NCBI GenBank assembly: GCA_951406725.2
Contig: OX597829.1
Coordinates: forward strand, 8,866,001 to 8,930,000
Reading direction: 5' to 3'
Length of the DNA: 64,000 nucleotides
Origin: Octopus vulgaris
Taxonomy: Eukaryota
Made by a program: the position numbers and the translations under genes. Below are positions 24,790 to 40,329 of this stretch, in pieces (the stretch's first letter is position 1; every line of letters starts with the position of its first letter). The notes under the pieces are model-generated. The model ran no database searches and had not been told where the DNA came from. It saw nothing but the letters and a program-made list of their open reading frames with translations.

Positions 24790-25051
24790 TATCTATGTTA
24801 TATATTTTTTAAATGCCTACGTACTTTTATATATTTGCGTGTTTTTTAATATATATTTGTTTATATACTTGTATGTTTTTAATACTAATATTATTTCGAA
24901 CTTTATAATGAGTTATTAATGTCGAAGAAAGTACACATATATATTGAATATTCTATTGGATAATAGGTCATGTTCTTCTCGTATTGCCGATCGTATTGCC
25001 TCAATTCAAATTATATATTATTGGCTAAACTGGCAAAATGACCATTCCGAA

Positions 25052-25113
<62 letters not shown>

Positions 25114-25235
25114 CTAAAATAATTTAAATTTCGGTATACACCTTGTAGTATGTTGTTTCCAACAATTTCACCAGCGAGGACAATGCAGGATGGGTCGAAA
25201 CCATGCCAGTGACTAACGTGTATGTGTGAGTGTGT

Positions 25236-25283
<48 letters not shown>

Positions 25284-25430
25284 CTGTGTGTATATGTATG
25301 TATTTATTTAAAGACTTGAAGAATTATATATGGTTGTAGTGTCTCGCTTGAAAATATTGCCCACGTAATGTGTGTCTATATGTTTCTACATATATATAAT
25401 TACGTGTGTGTGTATATATATATAGAGGGA

Positions 25431-26051
<621 letters not shown>

Positions 26052-27616
26052 TTATGTTTCTTTAGCCACACAGGGCTGCACACAGACGGGACAAATTACA
26101 AGGTAGAGCTTTTCTTTTTGGGGATACAAAAGAGGGTTTGGTTTTCGATCAAGAGGGATCGTAAAAGGAAAGAAAGAGGAAAGTAAAAAGGGGGGGGATA
26201 AAAAATAAAAGGAAAAAGAAAAAAGGGTCAATAGGGATCGTTATCACAGAAATGTCAATATAAAGTGTAAAGGGGAGGACAGGTGAGGTTTACCCGTGGA
26301 AAGAAAAGCCTACGGAAAAGACCACGGTAACTTCGGTCAATGAAGTCACATGATTTTTGATTTTGATTTTTCCAGTTTCATCTCATGAGCTGTGGCCATG
26401 CTGGGGCACCGCCATTTGTTATATTTTTTACTAATAAGCAACTCTCTGTATTAATTTTTACGGTTCATAGGATCATAATCAAGGTGACTTCGTCATTCAT
26501 ACGTGCCATCCTTGCTACATTCACCCATCTTTTTTTAAAACGTTCACTAGACAAAACTTGCCTCTCTACTCTCACTTTCCTCTTCAAGTGATACTTGAAG
26601 AAGTTGATGAGAGATTGACCAGAGAGGAAAGTGTTTGTCTCTAATACTTTCAGGCGCATCCACCAGATACATTCTTTCGCCATACCCACAAGTATGATAA
26701 AAATAGCTCTTCCTTCCCGTTTGAAGGAAGGAGGCGTGACGATATTAACGATAGACTCGGCTGATAAACCGACACGTCCGACACGTGACAGCAGTTGTTC
26801 GACAAAAGCCCACAGGTTGGAGATTGTTGGACCCTGCACGATTGCGTGCAGCACGGTTTCGTCGTTCTGCCCGCATCTCAGGCAGGTCGGCCCAGTGTTT
26901 CTCGAGCCGTGTCTATAGAGCTTATCCCGAACGGGTAGCGCTTCTCGTTAGCACTGCCAGGCCAGAGATCTCTGGAAGTTGTCCATGGGTCCTGGCCCGA
27001 AAGTTGTCTCAAACAGGCTGGTCAGGTGTTCCTCGTCGACGCCCAGGTTCGCCCCAAGATTGTCGTCGTACCTCCCCTCCACTAATCACCTATAGAATGC
27101 TTTGGTTGTGTTGAAGTCATTCACGGTCGACCCGGGACGGCAGAGTTGCTTGAGAGCAACGTGACACTCGCGGTGCAATTCCCCCTTCCTCGGCCTCTTT
27201 TTGATCCACGACTGCAGTTCTGTCATGGAACGAACTCCGAGAAAGCGTGCCTCACACACGGCGACCACACCTGTTCACTGTCGTCTACATAGAGCCGGAG
27301 ATGTCGCAGTCTCAGCGCGTGTCTGCGCATCATCAACCAGGGCATGCCCAGCCCTCCTTTTAACGGGTGTTGGCAGCAAATGGATCACCTGAACATCGGG
27401 ACGCATCCTTTCCACAAGAAGCGGAAGAGAATGCGTTCTAGTTTGGTGATGGTAGGGTCGGGACGAGGCACGACGGTCAGGCGGTAGTAGATGATGGACG
27501 CGATGTACGCGTTCGCCACCTCCGCCCAACCATTTAGGGACAGTTTCCTCTCGGCCCATTGCCGGGCGAGAGTGACCACCCTACTCGTTATCTCGTTCCA
27601 GTTCTTCTCCATTTGG

Positions 27617-27617
<1 letters not shown>
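26052..27617 (-). mobile_element. 5'-truncated L1/Tx1 LINE (copy 4)
   Basis: Homologous to 5271-6748; ORF pieces 26465-26854 and 27385-27612; both ends in GATA. Confidence 0.93.
26352..26413 (-). mobile_element. About 60-bp 3'-end fragment of the CR1-like LINE nested in the Tx1 3'UTR
   Basis: CCAGTTTCATCTCATGAGCTGTGGCCATGCTGGGGCACCGCC matches 49423-49465 and is absent from the other Tx1 copies. Confidence 0.75.
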
Positions 27618-27705
<88 letters not shown>

Positions 27706-27720
27706 TAGATAGATAATAAT

Positions 27721-27802
<82 letters not shown>

Positions 27803-27810
27803 ATTGATAG
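27618..27810 (+). repeat. (GATA)n then (TA)n and (GA)n
   Basis: Direct reading. Confidence 0.95.
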
Positions 27811-28364
27811 ATTATTACAGACGTTACAACTGTATCTGATATTCTACTGTATTTCATTTCTGTGTACGTGCATACACTTACTCTATTGCTGACATTTAGT
27901 AATCGTTTCTCTCGTTGTTTTGATTTTGCAGTTTTCTATCATTAACAAAACAGTCGGCATTTTTGATGACACGGGCATACTATTAATTTTGATAACAATG
28001 TCAAGACACAAACGGTGTAAATGACTGGATCGCCTTTAGCAGTGTGGCTGGAGCTGTTGTTCATACTCTGGTAGTTGTTGTTGGTTGTGGTGGTGTTGTG
28101 GTGATTTTGGTTGTTAGCAGCAGGTGAACCATCGCCGAGAAGTCATATGATGAAAACTATGTGTCCCACATCTGTCGGCCATTATTCAGTTTGTTCCGTT
28201 TAAGATATTTAAGTGGGATTCGTGAGATGTTTAACTGCTATTTCTAGTTAGCGTGAACGACCGTGAAGAAGCTGGCATAATGTTGTGAAACATCTGTTTA
28301 ATGCAAGGCTTTCGTTTCATGATGATGGTGATAGTTGTGATGGGTGTGGCTGAGGTGATGATGG

Positions 28365-28402
<38 letters not shown>

Positions 28403-28739
28403 CGGTATGAATGAGATTATTAAATGTGATGAGTTTTGGCTAGCCCTTGTGAGGTAATGAGTAACTAAGGAAATGCGTGTGTGCTCGTTTACAACAGACG
28501 CCCCGCAAATATATTTAGAATAGTGATATATATATATATATATATAATGTATGTATGAATGAATGCGTGTGTTCTTCATTTGCATTAAAAACAACATTTT
28601 TTTTTACTGCGTGTAGTCTACTGGTATATACCAGGATGTTTTATTTTCCATGCTGATAAAGAACATTAACAGATTGGTACTGATTTCTGAAGTCCAAGAC
28701 ACAGTGTGTATTTCACTCAGTAGGAATATAGTATTAGTA

Positions 28740-28958
<219 letters not shown>

Positions 28959-29206
28959 TAAAGACAAAAATCATTACCGCATGAAAATAGAAGAGATTTG
29001 GGTAAAAAAAGAAACCCGTTACTTTGGCTTCCTGCTAGGATATATTACAGATTAAAAGAGGTCCAGTGATGTCGTTGGTTGTAGACAACTTTTATGTGTT
29101 TGTTGCAGATCTTTCTTCTTTGTTTCATTCTTTCTTTAGAGTTTATATGAGTGTGTGAGAGTATGTACTTGTGTGTGTGTGTGTTGTGTATATAAAGTCA
29201 CACACA

Positions 29207-29247
<41 letters not shown>

Positions 29248-29563
29248 GCACACATATACATTCATATATACATATTTACGTAGATATAAATGGAAGTATA
29301 TTAAAAAATATATATAGAAGATAGATAGAGATATATAGATTTATGTGTGTATGTATGCATGTATGCATAAGGCAAACTACGTAAGTTGTTAGAACTTTGG
29401 CTAAACTGCGTCATTTGTTCTAGCTCGTTACTTCTGCGTTCAGAAACAACTCTAAACAGGCTGGCTTTGTAAATCCAACACTAAGCGCCCAAACATTGAT
29501 TTAGCTTGTTAATCTCTATAGCAGAGCCCACCGGCGAGTAGAAGGGAAAGATATCCTGATATA

Positions 29564-29617
<54 letters not shown>

Positions 29618-29742
29618 TGTATATATAGATGGCATTATTACACATACATGCCACACGCTAAGAGGGACATTAAGAGGTTTTTCACGCTATCTACCTGATA
29701 ATTTCTTGTTAAGATTCCTTATTAAGAAGTTATCCTTAATTG

Positions 29743-29800
<58 letters not shown>

Positions 29801-29807
29801 ATAAAGC

Positions 29808-30118
29808 GTGGTTTTAGGCTCAGTGCCACTGCGTGGCGCCTCGGGTTAGTGTCCTCCAGTCTTGCCTCAGGCCGACCAAAGACTTGTTAGTGGATTTGAA
29901 AAACGGAAACTGAAAGAAGCCCATCTTATACACACACACATTTATATATATATATATTTTTTTATCTGTTTCAGTCCAGTCATTAGACTGTGGCTATGCT
30001 GGGGCACCAACTTAAACTTGATACTTATTCCATCGGTTCCTTTTTGCCGGGGATGCACAAAAGCCAAAACTGGCTGTATTGCAGTGGTGGGAGATAAACA
30101 CAGGGACAATGACACACA
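29808..30118. mobile_element. Degenerate SINE family A pieces (head on +, tail on -)
   Basis: 29808-29925 matches the SINE A head; 29965-30118 matches the reverse-complemented tail. Confidence 0.6.
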
Positions 30119-30194
30119 CATACATACATACATACATACATACATACATACATGTGTGTGAGAGAGTGTGTATGTGTGTGTGTATGTGTGTGTA

Positions 30195-30545
30195 TTGTTC
30201 GAATGGTGGATGAACGTACACCCAACATCTGTTTTATGGCGAGTTTGCAGAGGGGACGGCATAAGAACTACCATGAAGTCACTTGGAATGAACCCAAAGG
30301 TCGTAGAAACCGTTGCCTCCGATTGATCTTGATAGTGAACAAAACTGTGGAGTGGAGTGGAGCGGAGTGAAAGCTTTTGAGGTGACCAGGATGATACACG
30401 CAAGATTCAAGAGAGATTTAAAGAAGAATGTTCCGACCAAGGAGAAGATGAATCTCAGCGTCATTTTTGTGCGCACAGTTTGTGATAGACCATGCCTTTC
30501 TTTTGCTAGGCTCAAATCCCATTTGCGGACCCATGGAAAACGAAT
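30195..30545 (+). mobile_element. Degenerate RTE-clade LINE 3' fragment
   Basis: VRMVDERTPNICFMASL...VCDRPCLSFARLKSHLRTH, similar in pattern to the RTE piece at 48160. Confidence 0.65.
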
Positions 30546-31311
30546 CTCCACCAACTACTCTGCCTATATATCTGTGCACACCTTTCAATTAAGTCCGCAA
30601 TTCTAACGGAGGCCTGAAAAGATATTTCAAAATCCACAAAGATCAGAACTTAACTGCAACTCTTGGTGGTCCGAATCAGATATGAAATGTATGTGGGTGT
30701 CTTTTCAATACATTGTCTGGTTTAGAAAGCCGCATCTGACGCCATGATGGATCTAATAAATAAAACGTATATATTTGGTAGAATAACTCCACTTATAAAT
30801 TAATACTATAAATTAATCTATATACATTAAATTAAATTATTAATTAATTTATTTACTAAACATCTAAATAAAATCTTATACTCTATTAATTTATATTAAA
30901 AAACTTAATGTTAAGTACTATACATAGTGCTAGTACAAGCTATAAATATTAGAATTAAAAATAGGAAATTGTTCAAATATATACACACCTATTATTTAAA
31001 CTAACTATATTATTTATATATATGTAGTATCTATAAATGTAATAGTTTACTAAATTATATAGTTGACCAAATTACAATTACTATTAACTAATTTACTTAA
31101 ATGTATTACTACGTAATAAATAGACCACCTCACTATTAAATAATATATTGTCTTACAAAACTATTGCTCAAATTAAATTATATGTAATACGTTAAATCAT
31201 ATTATAAAAATAATAATAAACATAATAAATATATAGATATACATATCATAACTAATAATTACCAAGAAATTGAATAAAAATTAATATTTTAACAACAACA
31301 ATAATAATAGC

Positions 31312-31357
<46 letters not shown>

Positions 31358-31360
<3 letters not shown>

Positions 31361-31914
31361 GCCCTGATGCAGTACCAGGCAGTGGCTCTCATGGCTTCTG
31401 ATCTTAACTGATTGGAAGTGTTATCATGTACATTGTTTTGTCTTGGTATAAAAGATGGGCTACAGCAAATATTCTGCTCAATACCACAGATTTCCTTGTC
31501 AGTTGTTTGACCTTAACCAGTTGAGCATGTCCCTTAGTGGCTGACGATATATGCATCTCTGATCACGAGCAGAAGTAGTGGGGGAGCATCATAGCCATGT
31601 GTTGAGAGGGATTCTTTGGGGTTTGAATAATTCACCTCTGGAAACATGGGTGGTTCTTTCAACATCCTTAAACAACCCTTATTCAGGGACCGTTTGAGCG
31701 GGATGGGCTACTCAACCTGAAGAAAATTCTAACTGGGCCCCACCTGCAAGGTCATGTGCTGTTTATCTTGATATGAGATCACCATGTCGCGCACATATGG
31801 TTGTGATGCATGTGCCTGGTGTACCCTTATCAGACGGGTAGTCATGATGGGTATATTGTGCTTCGTATATTTTACCTCAGTGTCACTTTGATGGCATGCA
31901 CTGCTCTCTCACTC
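31358..31914. mobile_element. About 557-bp non-coding interspersed element embedded in (AAT)n
   Basis: Sharp GC increase against the flanks; (AAT)n immediately on both sides. Confidence 0.6.
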
Positions 31915-31960
<46 letters not shown>

Positions 31961-32148
31961 TTCAAAAGTTAGATAATATTATTAAATAAAAAGCGATACT
32001 TAGCTTGTTGATAAATGGTATAATCTAATTTCATTATTGAATTGATAAAAGGTGCTTTTTCTAATTTATAAATATATATATATATATATGTATGTATGTG
32101 TGTATGTATACATATATGTATATATATATATATATATATGTATGTATA

Positions 32149-32182
<34 letters not shown>

Positions 32183-32183
32183 C

Positions 32184-32295
<112 letters not shown>

Positions 32296-32579
32296 GTATA
32301 TGTATATATATATGTATATATATAACCATAAACTACCAATAAAATTAGTAATAAATAAAATATTTCAATGTCCTTACTGCACGTATGCAAATATACACAG
32401 GCACACATTCATGCAAATACATACATCGCCTATGCCAAAACCGTGCTTATATATGTATAAGACCCTAACTATTGACAAATAACCTTTAAATTCACACACA
32501 TATATCTACCCATATGTTTACACTATACATATACATGCGTATGTATATATAAATACATACATATATATAAATATATAAC

Positions 32580-32643
<64 letters not shown>

Positions 32644-33259
32644 TATATATATACATATGTATATATACATGCATATACATATATATATATATAATTACAC
32701 ACTCAAACACGCACACAGGCACTCACGCGCACACACACATGTATATATGTACAGAAATACACTTATATACATGCGTGTACGTGCGGGGTTGTGTAGGTTG
32801 TGTGTGTTTGTGTATTCGTATGTGCGAGTGTTTGTCTGTTACTCTTAAGACTGCCTTCAAAAATCTGTCCACAAAAAATTTTCGTTTAGGTTCAATTGCT
32901 TCTTATTATAGCAAGGAACGTATGTTTCATCATAGCAACGAGTTTTCTACCTTTGAAATATTTTCTTAACCTTTTTTCCATATTATATCGTCACCAGGCC
33001 ATTAGGGTACATCCTCATTTATCAACAGATATGTTGATTTTACCATATTGCGATTATTTAAACCAAAAGATATTTTTAAAAAGAATATTGAGCCCATAAT
33101 AACTATTTGCCTCTCTCTCTCTATCATTTAATATATATATCTACATATGTATATTCACGTACATGTATGCATTTATGTGTGTGTATGTGCATATGTACAT
33201 ATAAATGTATTTGTATGTGTGTGTGTATATATGTGTGCGCGTGTGTACGTATGTGTGTA

Positions 33260-33990
33260 TACATACATACATACATACATACATACATACATGCATACAT
33301 ACATACATACATACATACATACATACATACATACATACATACATACATACATACATACATACATACATACATACATACATACAAACATACATACATGCAT
33401 GCATACATACATGCATGCATACATACATACACATACATACATACATACATACATACATACATACATACATACATACAAACATACATAAAACAATTCACAC
33501 ACACATACATACATACATACATACATACATACATGCATACATACATACATACATACATACATACATACATACATGCATACATACATACATACATACATAC
33601 ATACATGCATGCATACATACATGCATACATACATACATACACATACATACATACATACATACATACATACATGCATACATACATACAAACATACATAAAA
33701 AAAATTCACACACACATACATACATACATACATACATACACACACACGCGTAGACATACATACATACATACATACACACATACATACATACATACATACA
33801 TACATACATAAATACAAATATACATACATACATATATACATACATACATATATACATACATATATACATGCATACATACATACATACATACATACATACA
33901 CACATGCATACATACATACATACATACATACATACATACATACATACATACATACATACATACATACATACATACATACATACATACGTA
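33260..33990 (+). repeat. (CATA)n array with an internal duplication of about 210 bp
   Basis: AAACATACATAAAA.AATTCACAC recurs at about 33477 and 33687. Confidence 0.93.
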
Positions 33991-34269
33991 TGCATTTGAG
34001 TTGTCTGTCCCAGAGACCAAAGCTAGTTTGAAATGTATCAAAATATAGAGAATATCACACATAACATTAAAACAGGATTCTATAATGAAGATACTCCTGC
34101 AAGCAGCCCAACATGTATTGTCATCCTCAAATGAATAACAATGTGGTCGATCCTAATTAGTTTAAATTAACTTGCGGTGGTTAGAGGAGCGCGTAATTAG
34201 CCATCAGAGTCCACCAACAAATATTGTGGATCTTGAAATAAGTATCCTATGTTGTTGCCCGATAAAACT

Positions 34270-34428
34270 GAGTGGCTGTGTGGTAAGTAGCTTGCTTACC
34301 AACCACATGGTTCTGGGTTCAGTCCCACTGATTGGTACCTTGGCCATGTGTCTTCTATTATAGCCTCGAGCCGACCAGAGACTTTTGAGTAGATTTTGTA
34401 GATGGAAACTGAAAGAAGCCCGTCGCAT
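34270..34428 (+). mobile_element. SINE family A head-only fragment
   Basis: GAGTGGCTGTGTGGTAAGTAGC...GAAAGAAGCCCGTCG. Confidence 0.85.
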
Positions 34429-34779
34429 ATATGTGTATAAATATATATACATATATATATATATATTTATATATATATATATACACCGAAACACTACAAG
34501 AAACCAGCCTAGGGTAAGGAGTGATAATTTTTTCTACCCAACATCTAGAAATATCCAAGAGACCCTCTTTACCCCTCAACAAAGAAACAACATAATTTAG
34601 CACCCCAAGAATTCATTCCAACGAAGAAATCTTAACCACGTGCTCCCAACCAGTTTACCCAGGCACCCCCCCCCCCCCAAACAACCCGAATATAATAGGT
34701 ACTAATAATACTGATTTAATTAATAACAATAATAACACCAAATATAAATTCTACCAACCGAACCTCAATCAACATTTTT

Positions 34780-35930
34780 TAGACCAAGTGGGGAGGAACA
34801 GGGACACACGTTGGAACAAAACGTACAGGAGAAACCCAAAGTGATTAACTTATCAAAGAAAACTCTATACGTAACAAAAATCAATATACTAGCCAAAGGT
34901 CTAAAGTTCACCCCAACCCTACGAAGAGCCAACCATAATGAAATTAATGACAATATTCTGCAGAAAACTATACCCGCAGAAGCACTAACTGGCTATGACA
35001 ATGAAGATGAATCACTAGTCAAAAACAGAAGTAATTACCTTCCACATAAGGGTAGGAATAAAACACTGGATGACTTCTGCAACCATATCCAAAATTTCCC
35101 CTACACATCCATTAAACGAAAAATTAATCCTAACCTCAACAATCTAGAATGGAAAAATCTGACTGAACTACAAAACGACAAAGACCTGACAATTAAAGAA
35201 GCTGACAAAGGAAGTGCTGTAGTTCTGATGGACACAGAACACTATAAAATACTAGTACCATCCATACTAAAAAACGAGGCCTTCTACGAAAAAATTATAA
35301 ACTATAAACAACGAAAAACAAGGAAAAATCGTGCATCCTTAATTCTTCTACATGGAAAAGGCCTGAGAGAAAAAGAAACAGACTACATCACGAACTTCAA
35401 ATGTAAACCCAGTCTTTTTTACGGCCTCCCTAAAATACACAAAAGCAAGATAATCAATGAAGCCTGCAAACAGTCACCAGGCAAATATATAAATATCCAA
35501 ACGCCAGAAGACTTGACTTTAAGACCCATTGTAACTGGGCCGGCCTGTGAAACCCACCGCCTAAGCAATTTTCTAGACATCCTACTGAAACTCTTGCTGA
35601 AATACATCAAAAGCTTCATTAGAGATGATTTAGACATGTTAGAACACCTACCAAAAACGATTAATGAATAAGCAGTATTGGTCACCCTCGATGTTATCAA
35701 TCTTTACACCAACATCCCCCATGACTATGGAATGAAAGCAATTAAATTCTGGTTGGAAAAGTACCCCGAAGTCCTCCCGGAACGCATAAACCAGATCTTT
35801 ATTATTGAATCCTTAAAATTTATACTTCAGAACAATTATTTCCTATTTGGTGACACATACTATCGTCAGAAATGCGGAATTGCGATGGGAACGAAAGCAG
35901 CTCCTGTTTTTGCGAACCTAATAATACAAA
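34780..35930 (+). mobile_element. Penelope-like element reverse transcriptase (truncated, one stop)
   Basis: ORFs 34811-35671 and 35678-35968: LAKGLKFTPT, IKEADKGSAVVLMD, FYGLPKIHK, LRPIV, TLDVINLYTNIP, YRQKCGIAMGT. Confidence 0.9.
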
Positions 35931-36269
35931 AACCTGATGTCTATTTCTATCAAGAAAACGTTCCGTAAACAGACGTTTGGGGGGAAAAAAGAAAACTCGT
36001 AAAGCAGAACTTGCTGTTGCAACAGAACAAGTAAAAATGCGGGAATGATTAGAAAGCGACAATTCGGTAGATGAATAACGTTAAAAGGAGGAACAAGATA
36101 AAGTTTGTTTCACAATTTAACAACAAAGCAAAGAAATGAAGAAACCAAAAATAGAAGGTCCAACACTATCAGAAACGTAGTTTTACTTTTGATCTTGAAT
36201 GTTAGTGACTACTTTGTGAACTCTTTAATATCCTGTGTATTTTTATTTTTAATTCTTTTTATCATTATA

Positions 36270-36483
36270 GCGGCGAGCTGGCTGAAGCGTTAGCACGCCC
36301 GGAAAAATTCTTAGCGGTATTTCATCTGACTTTACGTTCTGAGTTCCTATTCCGCAAAGGCCGATTTTGCTTTTCATCCTTTCGGTGTCGATAAAATATG
36401 TACCAGTTACTCACTAGGGTCGATCTAATCGACTGGCCCTCCCTCTACAAAAGTTCGGGCCTTGTGCCTACATTAGAAAAAAA
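36270..36483 (+). mobile_element. tRNA-derived SINE family B with an alternative tail
   Basis: GCGGCGAGCTGGC...GTTCTGAGTTC...CATCCTTTCGG.GTCGATAAA...GTACCAGTT; the tail GGCCTTGTGCCTACATTAGAAA differs from the 41675 and 43378 copies. Confidence 0.8.
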
Positions 36484-38251
36484 TTCTTTTTATCATTGCT
36501 GCTGGTTAGTGATCATTCTTTCTTACTGTCTTTGCCTCTCTGGCAACATTTGGACATACTCTGGTTTGCTCCTTCTTTTTATCATTGGACCAACAGAAAT
36601 AGTGGCAATAAGTTTCAGATGTCAGTCTTCATGAGCTTTATGTTGCTGGTGTTGTCCCATAATTGCGAAAAGCCCTGTGTAGAATGTTGTTTCAAAATTA
36701 TTGGTAGCAGTCTACTTTGCTTCTTTGGTTGAGGTTTTGCCTTTTACTGTCACGGTAAATGTAGTTATCGCTGCTGTTGTTGCTGGTTTAGCATCTGTTG
36801 TTGATGTTGTTGTCGTGTTGCCCCCAAATGAGTTTTCACCCGCTTACGTGCGGACAGCGGAGCTTCTTGTGGTTGGTGCTGCCACGAATACAATACTTGA
36901 CCGACCTTATTTTTAACACATATTGCATTCGATCCACACTCATCAAAAAATTAGGCTTCTTCGGTTATTGGTGGCCGTTTTAAGTTGAATGCAAAAACGC
37001 AAATGTTTAAAAATAGTCTCAATTTTTCTCTTCCACTATGGAAGAAATATTCATAAATGTTCCAGAAGAATTCTCCGATGAAATTATTTGGTAATCAGCT
37101 ACGATTATTGAAATTTTCTTTAGAAATTAACTATTTACTGATCTCAATGTTCGGCAAGCAGCGCAAAGCAGCGTCAGAAAACTAGGTACCTTGTCAACCG
37201 TACATTTTAGAACTCTTCATCAACCCTTCGAGTACGACGTTATTGCATGCTATTTTGGATTACAACATCCTAAGCAGTTCGCTGCAGTTGTTCTTGTTTA
37301 GATTTAGCTTAATGCTAATCAAGCAGCCATGTGCTCAAGTATTTTCATCCTTGACCGTACACTTTATTTCGTCTAAATTATCTTTCTCCTTTCTTGTTGA
37401 TGTTAACCACGGTTTGATCTTGGTCAGACAGCTATATAATCAAAGGTATTACAAAGATTCTCATCTCATGTTTTGCTCATACACTATATCTAGAATTGAA
37501 ATATCTGTTAAGTTGGAATGATTTAAATTGCGAGAGATTTGGCTGAAATTACTAATAAATCTAGCAAGTATGCAAATACTTATTCGTGAGATTCCGACAT
37601 CTCAGTAATGTTGAGCAGAGAGACGAGTGCAACTGTAAGTCTATTCCGCTGACTGTGGAGTGAACTGCGTTGTACGCGTATCAGATTTGTTTCCGTCGTA
37701 TCTTTCAATGCGTCATTGAGCCAACAACGTGTTAATATAAATATATCCCCATATCCAAATTCTGATTTCCACTTAAGATATATAAGAGCAATAACATAGA
37801 ACGTCGAATAACATGACAAAATATAAGATTCTTTTCAAGTTAAGTGTTCAACTATTGAAAGTATCCATAAGCTTGAAAAACTGCATGTGATTCCATCGAT
37901 TTTCTCGGTTTGGTCACCTCCAAAATGAACTATAGGTTCTGTTATGATCAGGCGAAACATCTTTTTATATCTCCAACATTAATACTGCAATATACAATAC
38001 TAACACATGTGAGACTATCGAATTTACAAAACGACTATAGAGAGTCAGCATGTTGCTAACGTAAGAGACGTGCTGCAGCGCAGAGTAAGTGGTTCGCATA
38101 TCAGCAACCATTGATCTTGTTATAAATACCATATCAAGAGGACACCTGTGGATTTTGAAGTAAGAAGGGAAAAGAATACATCCACGCGCGCACGTGCAAA
38201 TACACACACACAAGCACACACACACACAAACACACGCACGTATATGCACAC

Positions 38252-38292
<41 letters not shown>

Positions 38293-39315
38293 GCACACAT
38301 ATTGCTCATATGAAAGTAGCTTCGATATCATTTGCACTTGAAATGCGGTCTCGCATACAAGTATGCAATGAGTTTAGTTTTATTTCTCTGTCGCCGCACT
38401 TGAATCGTCAGACATCAGATATCATACATTGATCAACTTGTATCATCAGGTTTGTATCCTAGTTGCTGAGCCTTAACAGATATTACTTGATTTCATTGTC
38501 AAGGATAACATAAAGTCTCTTTCTGTTTTCCGGGTGAAATAGGTCTTCATTTCTATTTTAAATAGTTACATATATGTCCAGAACAAGATATACCGTTTCA
38601 ACCTTCCTTGATTTGTTTGGGTTTTTGAATATATAAATACAGATTTTTAAATTTACTTCTTCTTGTTTTTCATTACGGTTGTATAATGTATATGTATTCG
38701 TGTATTTACCTGTGTGTTTGTCCGATAGATGCGTGGAAACCCGTGCAAAGGAAATACGCTATTATGTCCACCACACCTTCCACAACCAAACAATTTCCTA
38801 TATTAAGTCTTGCACACGGCGTTAAAATAAACAGTTGCGACCGAAAACTTAAACAACCGGTGGAATAATGCCAAGCAAATGCCATTTAACCGACGGTGGC
38901 CTATGATTATGGCATTTAGCTTGATACCGAAATAAAAGAGTATGAACAAAAAAGAATTTAGAGATGTTTACGACATATTCTCAGTGTATACCAGTGCGAT
39001 ATCGTTTAGATTTTTCCCGTTCTGTTTCTTTTGCTCTTAATTTTCTTTATAATTCCGTCTGTCTCTTCGCATCTTTTTAAAACTTTTTTCACTATTTCTA
39101 CTTTTTCTTTCTGTTCTCTTTCTTTTTCTTATCCTTCTTCTCATTTTCTTTCCCTTTTATTTCTCCACAATTCTATTTCTTCAGTTTGACTCACTAACAA
39201 TTTATCAACCTATCTAAATATATATTTTTTTCGTATATCTTACTACAAGGGATTTATTACAAGTGTTCAATCAATAACTGCTTGTTTCTGTATGTCTAAC
39301 AGATCAACCAGTTAT

Positions 39316-39744
39316 ACTCTTTACTCTCTCTCTCTCTCTCTTTTACTTGTTTCAGTCATTTGACTGCGGCCATGCTGGAGCACCGCCTTTAGTCGAGCAA
39401 ATCGACCCCGAGACTTATTCTTTGTAAGCCCAGTACTTATTCTATCGGTCTCTTTTGCCGAACCGCTAAGTCACGGGGACGTGAACACACCATCATCGGT
39501 TGTCAAGCAATGTTAGGGGGACAAACACAGACACACAAACATACACACACACACACACACGCATATATATATACATATATACGACAGGCTCCTTTCAGTT
39601 TCTGTCTACCAAATCCACTCACAAGGCATTGGTCGGCCCGGGGCTATAGCAGAAGACACTTGCCCAAGGTGCCACGCAGTGGGACTGAACCCGGAACCAT
39701 GTGGTTCGTTAGCAAGCTACTTACCACACAGCCACTCCTGCGCC
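39316..39744 (-). mobile_element. SINE family A, full length
   Basis: Reverse complement of 15723-16143. Confidence 0.92.
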
Positions 39745-39940
39745 TATAGTTATATGTATATTTAATTATCCATTATCTATTCATCAACAAATCCAGCTAA
39801 TTTTCTGTTGATTAGTACCTAAATTGATGATTTTCAAGCCATCGATCAATCTGTCCGTCTTTTCTAATCGATTTACACTTTCTCTCTCTTCTTCTTTCTT
39901 TCTTTTCTCTCGCTCTCTCTTTCCTTCCCTTCTCTCTTTT

Positions 39941-39976
<36 letters not shown>

Positions 39977-40269
39977 ACTCTTTCAAAATATTATTTTCTT
40001 ATTTTTCTTGTTTGAAGTTATTTTCACATTTGCAAATAGAGACTGTGTCACACACCCACGCATGCAGAGAAGAGAAACCTACAGATAGCAACCAAATCTC
40101 TGTCATTTGAAGTTCTACCATGTTAAATGAAAAGAAGTATATTGCATAATGATATGCTAAGATATACAAAACTTAACTTGTTGATCAAGACTCTCATTCT
40201 TCTGATCATAGTTATATTTAGCCAGAGCTACAGTGAGACTAAATACAAACAGATACCAGATATTTTTTC

Positions 40270-40315
<46 letters not shown>

Positions 40316-40329
40316 GATTGTTCTTGCAC

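Noticed and set aside
27950-28140. Possible host exon on the minus strand (NNQNHHNTTTTNNNYQSMNNSSSHTAKGDPVIY)
   Set aside because: Low complexity, no recognisable domain and no convincing splice sites.
36500-36916. Thr/Gln-rich minus-strand stretch resembling an ORF1 N-terminus or an exon
   Set aside because: Stops in the frames I read, and the similarity is only compositional.
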